Part shown: one piece after another, positions 26,015 to 36,548 of the stretch | Layout: the number at the start of each line of letters is the position of its first letter | How positions within the stretch are numbered: the stretch's first letter is position 1 | NCBI GenBank assembly: GCA_026770705.1 | Contig: JANJGN010000011.1 | Location: 146,630,001-146,694,000 of the forward strand | Direction of reading: 5' to 3' | Length of the DNA: 64,000 bases | Origin: Isurus oxyrinchus | Lineage: Eukaryota | The notes under the pieces: model-generated | The model's database searches: none | What the model was told of the DNA's origin: nothing | What the model saw: the letters and a program-made list of their open reading frames with translations, nothing else | Position numbers and translations under genes: made by a program

Positions 26015-29000
26015 TTGAAAAATAAGGTTTTCTCTTACCAGCTTCAAATGGGTAAATGCTTTCATGTTTAATTACACAGGTAAATCAACAACTCTTATAT
26101 AATGCCTTCCATGTACTATAACTTCTCAACACATAAGCGTTATCAAACACAATGTGGCTAACACGTCAATGAACCAATCTTTGCGTGTAAGATAGGGGGC
26201 ATCTTTTACCTTTATTGTTTAGAGTTTAGGATACGACTGTCTATAGTGAAGACCAATGTATATATGTATTTCTCTTCCCTCCTTTACCGATTATGTCCCC
26301 AACAGTACTTAGTCTAGTTAACCAAAACCTTCTGGTAAAGCATTTTGAAATCCAAGACTTTAATTCAGACTCCACCTCCGAATGTGAAAAACGGCAATGC
26401 TTGCAGCGGTGGCTTTAATTTATATTCAGTACTATTGTTCACAATAATATAAATAGAAGGTCTAGTTGCTGTAATCATTCAAAATTTGTCGATAAATACG
26501 AGGACATGCCCAGAATTTCTCCCCATTTGCCAGTCCTCGGTTCAGATACATGCTTTACTGTAATTGTTGACGGAAGTCAACAAATATACAGAAAACACGT
26601 TCTAAAAAATCTGGAGTTCATGTCTTACATTTTTCTCTATAAAATCGTTTCCTTTAATTTTTTTAGTTCCCTGTAGTTCAACGTTAGACGAGGCATGATT
26701 TACTATTATGTCCTGTCATTCTTCATGTATGGTCATTCGTGTTGTCCACCCTAAAGGAATCTATACACGTATTGACTCAGGTGCTTACGCTAAGCTACGA
26801 GCTGAATGTTCTTCACTTTAGGAACTTGCAGGAACTCAGTGCGCAGGTTTTTAAGTTAGGCACAGGCCTCTGATGGAAACTGTTCTGTGAGCATTGTAAA
26901 CGCCGGATCTATTGCAGGGCATGTTTAATAATTTAATTATGAACTTCATGAAGTTATGTTATTTTCCGTAGTGTGGGAATACAGGAAAATGGCGGGCAAG
27001 AAAAGATGGGTCTCACGAGTCTGTCTTATACTGTCATAGTCAACATGTACAGTTCAGGACATCCTTCCGCCCCCTCCCACACAACATCCTGAGCGAAAAA
27101 CAGAGGGAGTGAGAGAGACAGAGAGAGATCCTGCTATCTTTTCTGCTTTCTGAAGAACAGAAGATGGAGAATGATAGAATTTTCAGAAAAATATTTTGAC
27201 CAAATTGGTCTGTCATTTTTTCTTTCTGTTGTTGCTGTTGCTATTTCTTGTTTTATTTATTAGGAACAGAAACTCCACTTCTCAGTCCAGATTTTCCACC
27301 TCAGTTTCAATAGAGGGAAAATTATAGGCTAACAAGTGAAGAAGAGAACCGTATAATCCATTGCTTTTGGAATTTCATTCTGCTTGCAACTTGTTGGTTG
27401 TGTATTTCCTATCTGTTGTGACTTGTCACTATCCCAAAAAACCTGAGCCAACCTGATGCATATTTTGTACATTAGTTATAATAGCAACATTGCTCTACCG
27501 GAAATGGGAGGAGCAAAACACACATTAGATTCGCCATTTATACCCCAATAACTGGTGATGCTAACTACACTAGCATCGTACTGTTGTAGTAGCGTGTTTT
27601 TTAAAAAAACGTATTTATCTTCAGTGTAACAACTTGGAACTAGTCCGAAACTGATTTCATCTGCCAGGATTTATGTCAAATACTTGATAGTCAACAATCG
27701 GATGTTGATAACTCGCAGAGCCTTACGATAGGGAGACAGCCGCCGATATCTGAATCACTTGTAATCATATCAGACGGAAATTATTCTTGTGTCAGAAATA
27801 TCCAACCGCAGTGATAGATGGCGACTTCTCAGAAACTTAATAAGTTGCTAATGATTGATTAATGGAGCCACTCATATGCTGGCCAATGATGCTGTCTTGT
27901 TCACAACCATTGAGAGAAGCAGACCGCGTTTTTTTTACGTGATTTCTTGACTTTCATGTCTACCAGTGAAGCTTTTTAATTGTATATTATATTAACTGTA
28001 AAAGAACGTGTATACTGCCACAGATTTGAACCTATTACTGTGGGTATATTCGAATAGAAAGGATCCATGTTATAATCGCATATCATTGAAAATAGGATAC
28101 CGTGATAAATTATTAACAGAATAATACTATTAACCCTTGTATTCTTGTTTCAAACGTTTCTGCTGTTTGGCTATAAAATGTAAATACATTCAGTTTTTAG
28201 ATTGGAATCGAGCAAATGTTCCCACGCCACAGTACAATCCCTTTTTATCACATCCATCCCCATTGGCAGGGTCAATCAAACGCATTGAGGCAATACTGTA
28301 TTGGGAAAAAAACCCTGCAATATACACTGGTAAAAGTGTTGCTATAAAAACTGTTAAATGTTAGACTGTTAAATGTAAAGGAAAATTGTTTTATGAAAAC
28401 CTATCACGTTGAGATCTACAAAGGTGGGCGAACAAAAGCTGTGTGATAAATGATTCAGTCCACATGTATGGCTGGAAATCATATATACTGTTGTAACTCT
28501 CAGCATATATTACATGAAACCATGTATTGTGGAACGGCACACTGGCATTCAATATTCAAAATAACTAATTCTAGAAACTTTGGCATCAGTTGTTTTAATG
28601 GAACTTTAAAAGTTTAGATTTATACAGTAATTACGTCATTTTTTTTATTTGCTCGTCATTACAGAATAATGGTCATGATGTAAAAAGACTGGCCCTTATA
28701 TTGCGCTTTTCCTAAGCGCCTGACATCTTACAGTTTACAGCAATGATGCGCTTCTGAGTGTAGTCACTGATGTAATGTAGGAAATAGTTCTGGTCAATAT
28801 TTTGTTTAGTGAAAGTGAAGACTAAAACGCGACGCAGATTATAGAATAAAACACTTGTGAGCAACGAATCTATTATCAATCTATTCAGGTAAGTTTGCAA
28901 AGAGATTTTTGTTAATTATTTTCTTCGTTGTTTCTGTTCAAATCGAGATTCCGCATGTAAAAGACAGACTGATATTATTAATTGAATGCCGTTCTCGAGA

Positions 29001-29839
29001 GATGGAGCTTATGTACTAACACAGCTCAGAGTTAACGGGGCGCGGGGAGGTGGAGGTGGTGGGTTAACTGAGATAAAAGCTCTATGAAGTTGCCTCGCCG
29101 ATATAAAAAAAACTTCAGGAACACGTTTAATTAACTCTGTACAATCAACTCGATAAATTGGTGCCATTGCTATCTTTAAAACAACTTAGGTGTTGCAATA
29201 GGAATAGATTCCTACATTTGGATGAGGGGAGCGCGCGTGCGCAGTCGGCTTTCCCCCCCCCCAAGCTCCCCTCCCCGACGGCAATGTTTGTTTAATGGTC
29301 CTTGGACATTTTTTTTCAACCTTGGCAGACGACAGAAAGCGCTAGGAGAGGCCGGTGTCTGCTCCATCCCCTTCTTTGGAGGCGCCGTCGCTCTGGCACA
29401 AATGCTTCCGTTTGAGGGAGAGACAACTGGTCAATAACTAACATCATCGGATGGGCTTCGTCCTCACTTGTGTTGAAACTTGTTGAGCTGGTTTGAGAGC
29501 AGGAGGGTATCATTCGGAGACGCTTCAGGCAGGGCACGCACGAGACTTCAGGGCACCTATTCGGTTGCTGCGCACATCGAGGGAACCACAATCTTCAGCC
29601 CCCTTTGCCAGTGCACATGAAGACTTAACGTGAGCAAGAGACTTCATTTACCCTCGATCGTGGAAAGAGAGCCACCTCCTCTTTGCAATGTTTGCAATTG
29701 CTTCCTGTGACTGGAATAGTTATTTTCCACGTGCTCATGACCAGCTTGAAGTGGACGGAGGTTGTATTGTGGGAGCTGTAGTCTCCCCCTTCCTTTAACT
29801 TTCCAGCCTTGTCTATGTGTGTATGCTGTGTTGTGTTGT

Positions 29840-30330
29840 GTGTGGAGAGGAGGGGGGAAGGGGGTGGCTGGGGGGGGGGCGGGGCTGAGGGGAGTGGGAA
29901 CTGTCCATCAACCAGAAGGGAGGGCGAGCGCGCCTGCGCCCACTCCTCCGCCTGCCCTCCAATGGGCTGCGGCCTCTGCCTTGTCTCCGGGCAACCGCTT
30001 CCCCGCACGCGCCGCTCCGGCGGACGGGCGGGACGGCAAAATCTCGCGCGAGCGCAGAGAGGCTGGGCCGAGAGTGGGGAGCAGGTGTAAGCGGAGCATC
30101 TGTGTGTCCCAAGCAGCAATAGGGAGGCAGCACTCACTGAGACAGACACAGAGCAGCACCGGCCTGCAGCTTCACATAGATCTATTTATATATGTATATA
30201 TTTACCAAAAAAAAAACAAATGCACATATAAATATATATAATATGTGCTTACAACTTTTGCTTTCTCTTTAAATACTGTTCCAGCCTCATTTCCTCTCTC
30301 TCTCTAGCATCCCTATGTACAGTGTTCAAA
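29840..30330 (+). promoter_or_regulatory. POU4F1 CpG-rich proximal promoter and 5'UTR
   Basis: GC boxes and G-runs 29848-29900, CCAAT ~29959, dense CpG directly upstream of the ATG. Confidence 0.7.
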
Positions 30331-30453
30331 ATGATGTCCATGAACAGCAAGCAGCCAGCCTTCGGCATGCATCATACCCTACCTGAGCACAAGTACACTT
30401 CTCTGCACTCCAGCTCGGAAGCAATAAGGAGAGCCTGTCTACCAGCGCCGCCG
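30331..30453 (+). CDS. POU4F1: POU4F1 (Brn3a) coding exon 1
   Basis: MMSMNSKQPAFGMHHTLPEHKYTSLHSSSEAIRRACLPAPP followed by donor gtatgt at 30454 (phase 0). Confidence 0.97.
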
Positions 30454-30745
30454 GTATGTAGCTATCTCTCTCTCTCTGTCTGTCTCTGTTGTGAATGTAG
30501 AATAAGTAGCGCTGCAAGGCAATCGTTTGACAAATGCTGCTTAAAATGTTCCCATTCCTGTTCGTGTAAGCCGAGTCTCCACTATCTGTGTGCCTTTGCG
30601 AGATTGCAACTCTTTTTCTGCTTTCGTGTTGCAGGTTTAGATGTTTTCTTTTTGTTAAATGTTCTGTGACTATTCCCTGTTGAGAATTAGCTGTTGATCA
30701 TGTTTTCCTTTCTCTCTCTCTCTCTCTTTCTGTTTCTGATAGCAG

Positions 30746-31801
30746 TTGCAGAGCAATATCTTCGCCAGCTTAGATGAAACTTTACTCGCCCGCGCCGAGG
30801 CTTTGGCAGCCGTGGATATCGCCGTGTCCCAGGGCAAGAGCCACCCGTTCAAGCCGGATGCCACCTACCACACCATGAACACGGTGCCATGCACTTCTAC
30901 CTCGGCCGTCGCCCTGCCGCACCCGTCCGCCCTGTCCTCGCACCCGCACGCTCACCACCACCACCACCACCACCAGCCTCACCAGCCGCTGGACCCGGGA
31001 GAGCTCATCGACCACCTCAGCTCGTCCTCGCTGACCCTAGCCGGGGCCATGGCGGTGGCCGGAGGAGGAGGAGGAGGAGGCGGCGGAGGGGACGGCGGCG
31101 GCGGGGGAGGCGGCGGCGGGGGCGGCGGCGGCGGCGGCGGAGTGGTGTCCACCTCGTCGCACCCCCACGCGGCTCACATGCACAGCCTGGGCCACCTGAG
31201 TCACCACCACCACCACCATCACCACCACCACCATCCGCACCAGGCGGCCATGAACATGACCCCCCACCCTCACGGGCTGGTGGGCCACGGCGTGGCCTCG
31301 GGGATCCCCTCGGTGAACGACGTGGACGCCGACCCGCGGGAGCTGGAAGCCTTCGCCGAGCGATTCAAACAGCGGCGGATCAAGCTGGGGGTGACCCAGG
31401 CGGACGTGGGAGCGGCGCTGGCCAACCTGAAGATCCCCGGGGTGGGCTCGCTCAGCCAGAGCACCATCTGCAGGTTCGAGTCCTTGACTTTGTCCCACAA
31501 CAACATGATCGCCCTCAAGCCCATCCTCCAAGCCTGGCTGGAGGAGGCGGAGGGCGCGCACCGGGAAAAGATGAACAAGCCCGACATATTCAACGGCGGC
31601 GAGAAGAAACGCAAACGGACGTCCATCGCCGCCCCGGAGAAGCGATCCCTGGAGGCTTACTTCGCCGTTCAGCCCCGGCCCTCGTCCGAAAAGATCGCGG
31701 CGATCGCCGAGAAACTGGATCTGAAAAAGAACGTTGTGCGGGTTTGGTTTTGCAATCAAAGACAGAAGCAGAAACGAATGAAATTTTCCGCCAATCACTA
31801 G
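30746..31801 (+). CDS. POU4F1: POU4F1 (Brn3a) coding exon 2: POU-IV box, His/Gly tracts, POU-specific domain and homeodomain
   Basis: LQSNIFASLDETLLARAEALAAVDIAVSQGKSHPFKPDATYHTM; DPRELEAFAERFKQRRIKLGVTQADVG; EGAHREKMNKP, YFAVQPRP and RMKFSA favour POU4F1 over POU4F2/3; polypyrimidine tract and cag acceptor. Confidence 0.97.
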   Translation: MQSNIFASLDETLLARAEALAAVDIAVSQGKSHPFKPDATYHTMNTVPCTSTSAVALPHPSALSSHPHAHHHHHHHQPHQPLDPGELIDHLSSSSLTLAGAMAVAGGGGGGGGGGDGGGGGGGGGGGGGGGGVVSTSSHPHAAHMHSLGHLSHHHHHHHHHHHPHQAAMNMTPHPHGLVGHGVASGIPSVNDVDADPRELEAFAERFKQRRIKLGVTQADVGAALANLKIPGVGSLSQSTICRFESLTLSHNNMIALKPILQAWLEEAEGAHREKMNKPDIFNGGEKKRKRTSIAAPEKRSLEAYFAVQPRPSSEKIAAIAEKLDLKKNVVRVWFCNQRQKQKRMKFSANH

Positions 31802-31806
31802 CTGCA

Positions 31807-31844
31807 AGAGAGAGAGAGAGAGAGGGAGAGAGAGAGAGAGAGAG
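31807..31844. repeat. (GA)n microsatellite immediately after the POU4F1 stop codon
   Basis: Directly visible. Confidence 0.95.
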
Positions 31845-33481
31845 AATGAAAAAAAACAGAAACGGAATCCCCTTTCCTCCCCTTTTTCCTTTATTTTTGC
31901 TGACAAGACTCGTTCACAGACAATTTCTTTGGGGGACCAAGAGCAAGTTGTTCATCCGCACTGACTGCCAGACTTGGGTCACAGTACCTTTATTTTTGTT
32001 TGTTCCCACTGTGTAGCGGAGCAAGCGGAGGTTTTGCGAAGGGCAGGAACGTGTTCACGATTGATAATCAGGCGAGATCACCGGTTTCTGAGGCATCGTG
32101 GTGTTTGTGTTATTTTTCACGTTGTTGGTGAAGTATGCAAATCACAGGTAATTCAGACCGCCCGGTTTCTGTGCCGAAAATTCTAGATAAAACTGTAAAC
32201 GAGCCAGTCTGTTAAGGAAACAAAACGTGGAAGAAAAGTTGTTTGATGTTCACTCCAGTATTTTTTTCACTTCGGTCACCCGGTGTTTCAATGATGCTGT
32301 AATCCTCTTCCTCTTTTTTTATTTTGCGGGTGGGTGGGTGGGGGGTTGGGGAACCGTCATCTCGACACGTTTTGTTATTCACCAACCGAAGTCTGTTATG
32401 TTTTGTCATTTTCTTTCTGACTTTCAGAAGGTAATTTGTTACAAACAAAAAAAGCTCAGGCAGATCTGACAATTGCAGCGCCACTGTTGTCCATTTTTTT
32501 TGAGTGTCAGAGAAGGGCACTGTGGTAGCATCCCCTTCAATTTATCTGGGAGAGAAAAACAGCACAACCCGTGCTTGTGGATAATTTCGGCTTGATTTGC
32601 TGTTTGGGGCAGTATTTATGCAGATCATGATTATAGCGTCATTGTTAATTATTTTGGATTCTTAACCCCCAAAAAAGACAAAATATATATATAAAAAAAA
32701 TCACAGTTGACATTTTACCAATGGTAACCCTTTCCAAAGGTCTGCATGCTGATCAGATCACTTTTTTTAGTTAAATGTAACGGGCGTTAGCTGTCGGCAC
32801 TCCGTTTTGGTAATTGCACTAAAGTATGTTGCAAAATTTAGTATATTGTACTGGTTGGAAAACATGTTAGAATATTATGGTTTACGATCAAAATTCCAAG
32901 TGATTCTCGCATCGAAGCTTGATATAGGACTACCAAAAGTTTGCGCATAAAATATTCACACTAAATTATTGATTCTGTTTTGGGTAGGAATATCTCCTTT
33001 ACGGGCACCCTAAAATACGTGCCCAGAAGCAAAAATAACTGCATGAGCTGAGGATGGATACCGAATTTGGCGCCTATGGATTCGATATTAAAAAAAAAGC
33101 TATGCCTGCAGCGCAAACATTCTATGCATTGGAACTGAAATGAGCACTATAGGGTAGCTTGATAGACCTCGTGGATGGTGTGATTTCACTGTTAACTGCC
33201 TGTTTTCACTAGACACAACATTCTGACCGTGTTTATAATTGTACATAGGTGTTTATTGTAAATAACTTTTTAATTTGCGCACATGTATGTTTACAAACTG
33301 CAACCACGTGTGCATCATACGGAAAATAGGAAAGAAAAAGTCTCACTTTAAGTCAATCCCTGTCCAATGTATATTTGCCAAGCTTTCTCCTGGATTGTGT
33401 TTTTTAAATTTATTTACTTATTTATTTAAATTATTTCTGTAAGCCAAATACAACAGGGAGATGTGTCTTATCACATTTACT

Positions 33482-33487
33482 AATAAA
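33482..33487 (+). terminator. Likely POU4F1 polyadenylation signal
   Basis: AATAAA at the end of an AU-rich 3'UTR with a T-rich tract downstream. Confidence 0.55.
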
Positions 33488-33873
33488 AAATACCAAGGGA
33501 AACAACTGTCTCTTTAAAGGTGTAACATTTCTTTGCTCTTTTTTGGGAGGTAAAACTGGGGTTTAAGTGGTTAGATGTAAAAACCCCAGAAGTTTGCAAA
33601 CATCTATAATATGAAGACAGTTTCTAACTTTTCCATTCATGGTCTGAACCAAAAGATGAGAGCCTACGATCAATTGAGAATCTAAGCAGTTTAAACAGTT
33701 TAAATTCGTGGGTTTTTCTGTGTGAAAGGAACCAATAATTTTAAGAAGTAAAACATATGAAACTTTTTCCGGAAGTTTCCAACACACTTTTTTTCCTTTA
33801 AAATGTCTCAAAATTGGGACAATTGTGTTCTGCATGTATCAGCAGAACAGCTCACCAAGATAAATATAGGTCT

Positions 33874-33918
33874 CCCCCCCCCCCCCCCCCCCCCACCCCC
33901 CCCCCCCCCCCCCCCCCC
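33874..33918. repeat. Poly-C tract (~45 bp)
   Basis: Directly visible. Confidence 0.95.
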
Positions 33919-36530
33919 GAGTTCACATTACTTTACGCCAAGGTGTCATTCATTCCCCGTGGTAAATGTTGTAGTTTGCAGGGGCATTGTGAAGCACGTT
34001 TGTGATGCCACCTACTGCACTAGTAGAACATTTTCCATCCTGAATCTCAGTTAAAGCCATCAACGTTTCTGGTTAACTTTTGGGCCCCCTGTTAATTTTT
34101 TCGCGCTTCTTAAAATGGAAGTGTCGAATACACTATCATAAAAAATGCAACACTTCCGCGAAAACCCTGCTGAATCGAATAGGAATGTATGGGATGTATC
34201 ACTCAATCTCGCTGATCTCACTGGTATTGGTTGGAACAACCGCAATTGTTGGATTATGGAAGTACCCGAACTGTATACGTTGTCCAATTCTGTCAGTACA
34301 ATATTGCTGCAATCATTATTGATGAATAAATGAGATGATTCAAATAAGGACATCCATTGTTGTACATTCACACAAGAGATTGCATGCCGTTAAAACCCCA
34401 GGCTGTGAAGCAGGTAAGATTTCACAATTACATAAAGTATTGAGGGGAAAAAAAAGACAGTCCAAAATAAGGGGGGCGGGGCGGGGGGCTGAGATACAGT
34501 AAGTGACATGTAACGCCTTTGCTCAGTATAGCACAAGTTGGAAAAACTCAGATATAACACATCTAAATAATAATAAATTGGAGGAAAAATGGCCTGATCG
34601 CATTTTAGTGAAAAGTCTTGAAACATTAATTGGATTTCAACTATTATGCTAACTTTTTCATTTAAAAATAGGCGCTGACATTATGAAAGTTGAACTTTCG
34701 TTTCAAGATTATACTAATTATACTTTGAACTGTTACATTCCATCTTGATTTGGCTACAAGGAAACGCATAGCCTAGATGTGTTAAGTTCAAATTGTTATA
34801 TACCGTCTTTAAAATATAGTAAATTCCAGAAAATAACGGGTCACGGTCTTCAAGGAATAGCGTGAAAACTGTGGAATTCGCATGTAACACTTGTTCGGCA
34901 ATTGGTTTCAACTTATATTAAACCATCATAAATGAATAATAGACACTCACTGCCATGATCCTATTGATTTTTCTTCTTGTTTGATACCTTGGCTAATTTC
35001 TCTGCTGGTTCAACAAGATAAACGCGACAGTGCTGCAGAATAACCCAGGCACATTCCAGAAACCTTGGGGTTTGCACGAATAAATCACATTCTAAATTAC
35101 CGTTAAAACAATTCTCTTGATTTCGGTTCAGCCGCTCATACCATCATGTGCACATTTAGCCCGCTATTAAATTACTTTTAATGGGATGATCTCTTTTGAA
35201 TTCGAAATAGATGACTGGGAATGCTCTCCTGTACAACAAAGCAGTTTTGCGATACATTAAATCAGTATTGAAGAATTTGCTATTCGTACAAAGCAGGGTT
35301 TATAAAAAGACCGGTGCCGTAATCATTTTAAAACAAAATACCTTAAAATTGCAAATAATGCCTTTCGTTATGCAAGTTACGATTTTTATTTTTTTTATTG
35401 CCGACAAATATGAAAGTACACAACGCGAGTGAAATCTCGCCCTTATTACCTAATTTGTTATTAAATCCATTTTATTGTGCACAGCACAATTGCAACTGAT
35501 ACAGATCAGCCTGATACAGCGACACATCTCTCCAGCACGAGAGCTCGCTTATCGTAATTATTGCCTTTTGCATTGTCAGATCTAAGAGGATTCTCACAAA
35601 TGTAATTACGAATGCTTTGTAAATAATTCATGTTAAGAGATTCAACAAATTAATAAAGCGAATGATGACAAGAGGCTAATTAAAACTTTGGTAATTGTTG
35701 TCGCGACAGCTTTGTTGTGTGGCTCAGTGCAAAACCCTCTTTGAAAAAAAATCTGCTTTGATAAGAAAAAAGGTCCCAGTAGGCTGTTAAACACTTTGAA
35801 CTTTATTTAATTTACATTTATTCTTTAATTGCATTTAACAAACGATTTATTTCAATCCGTTCCTCTATGACTTTTATTCTCCACTTGCCTTGATGCCAAA
35901 TATTAAAGGAATATGGAAACTGCTCAAGTGAAGCGGTTACTGTCTCCCCCCCTCCCCCCCCCCCATAAAATAAATAAATAATTTAAGGAGAAAAGAAAAC
36001 ATCATGCGTGGCACACCAAATAAAGGACTTGAAAACACAGTTGAGCCCATTGCAATCAACCTTTGCTATCACCTGGAAGCGAACAGAACTTGAAAGGAAC
36101 AAACAAGGTTGTTTTAATTTCGCTGAAAAATCTTATTTTTTTTAGGAAATTTGGTCACCCAGGTTTAAATTCTCTGCAATTACTTTCAGCAATAAACTCG
36201 GGCACAATCCCTTCACATCACGACTCTCCTTTTCAGCTGTGAGCCTAAATGTGGTGCAATTTGCAAATTGTTGATAGGGGTAACAATTATGAATCAAATC
36301 GTTAACCACTGAATGAATAATACTCAATTCTAAGTTGATGTTGCCACGTGGATATCACGGATAAAAATTTGGCACTGATTTTTTTTTTTGCAAAAGTAAT
36401 CGACATTCGGAATCATTCCAACTCAATGATCCCACTTACTCGCCAACTTCACACTACATTTTTACAGCTTCTATTGGCTGACAATCAAGATTCCGAAGCG
36501 GCTTTGTTGAATCAACGACGATGCAAAAGC

Positions 36531-36548
36531 AACACTAGATGGCAGTGT
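36531..36548 (+). promoter_or_regulatory. CTCF-like motif
   Basis: aACACTAGATGGCAGTG versus consensus CCACYAGRKGGCR, one mismatch. Confidence 0.55.

Noticed and set aside
29625-30241. Several overlapping ORFs of 80-175 aa
   Set aside because: By-product of the GC-rich promoter; low-complexity peptides.
30454-30669. Extension of the exon 1 ORF to 115 aa
   Set aside because: Read-through into the intron past a canonical gtatgt donor.
31037-31906. 289-aa antisense ORF
   Set aside because: Shadow of GC-rich POU4F1 codons.
30889-32016. 375-aa Arg/Pro-rich ORF in an alternative frame of POU4F1
   Set aside because: Very high GC at third codon positions removes stops from this frame; no domain is recognisable and the tail runs through a microsatellite.
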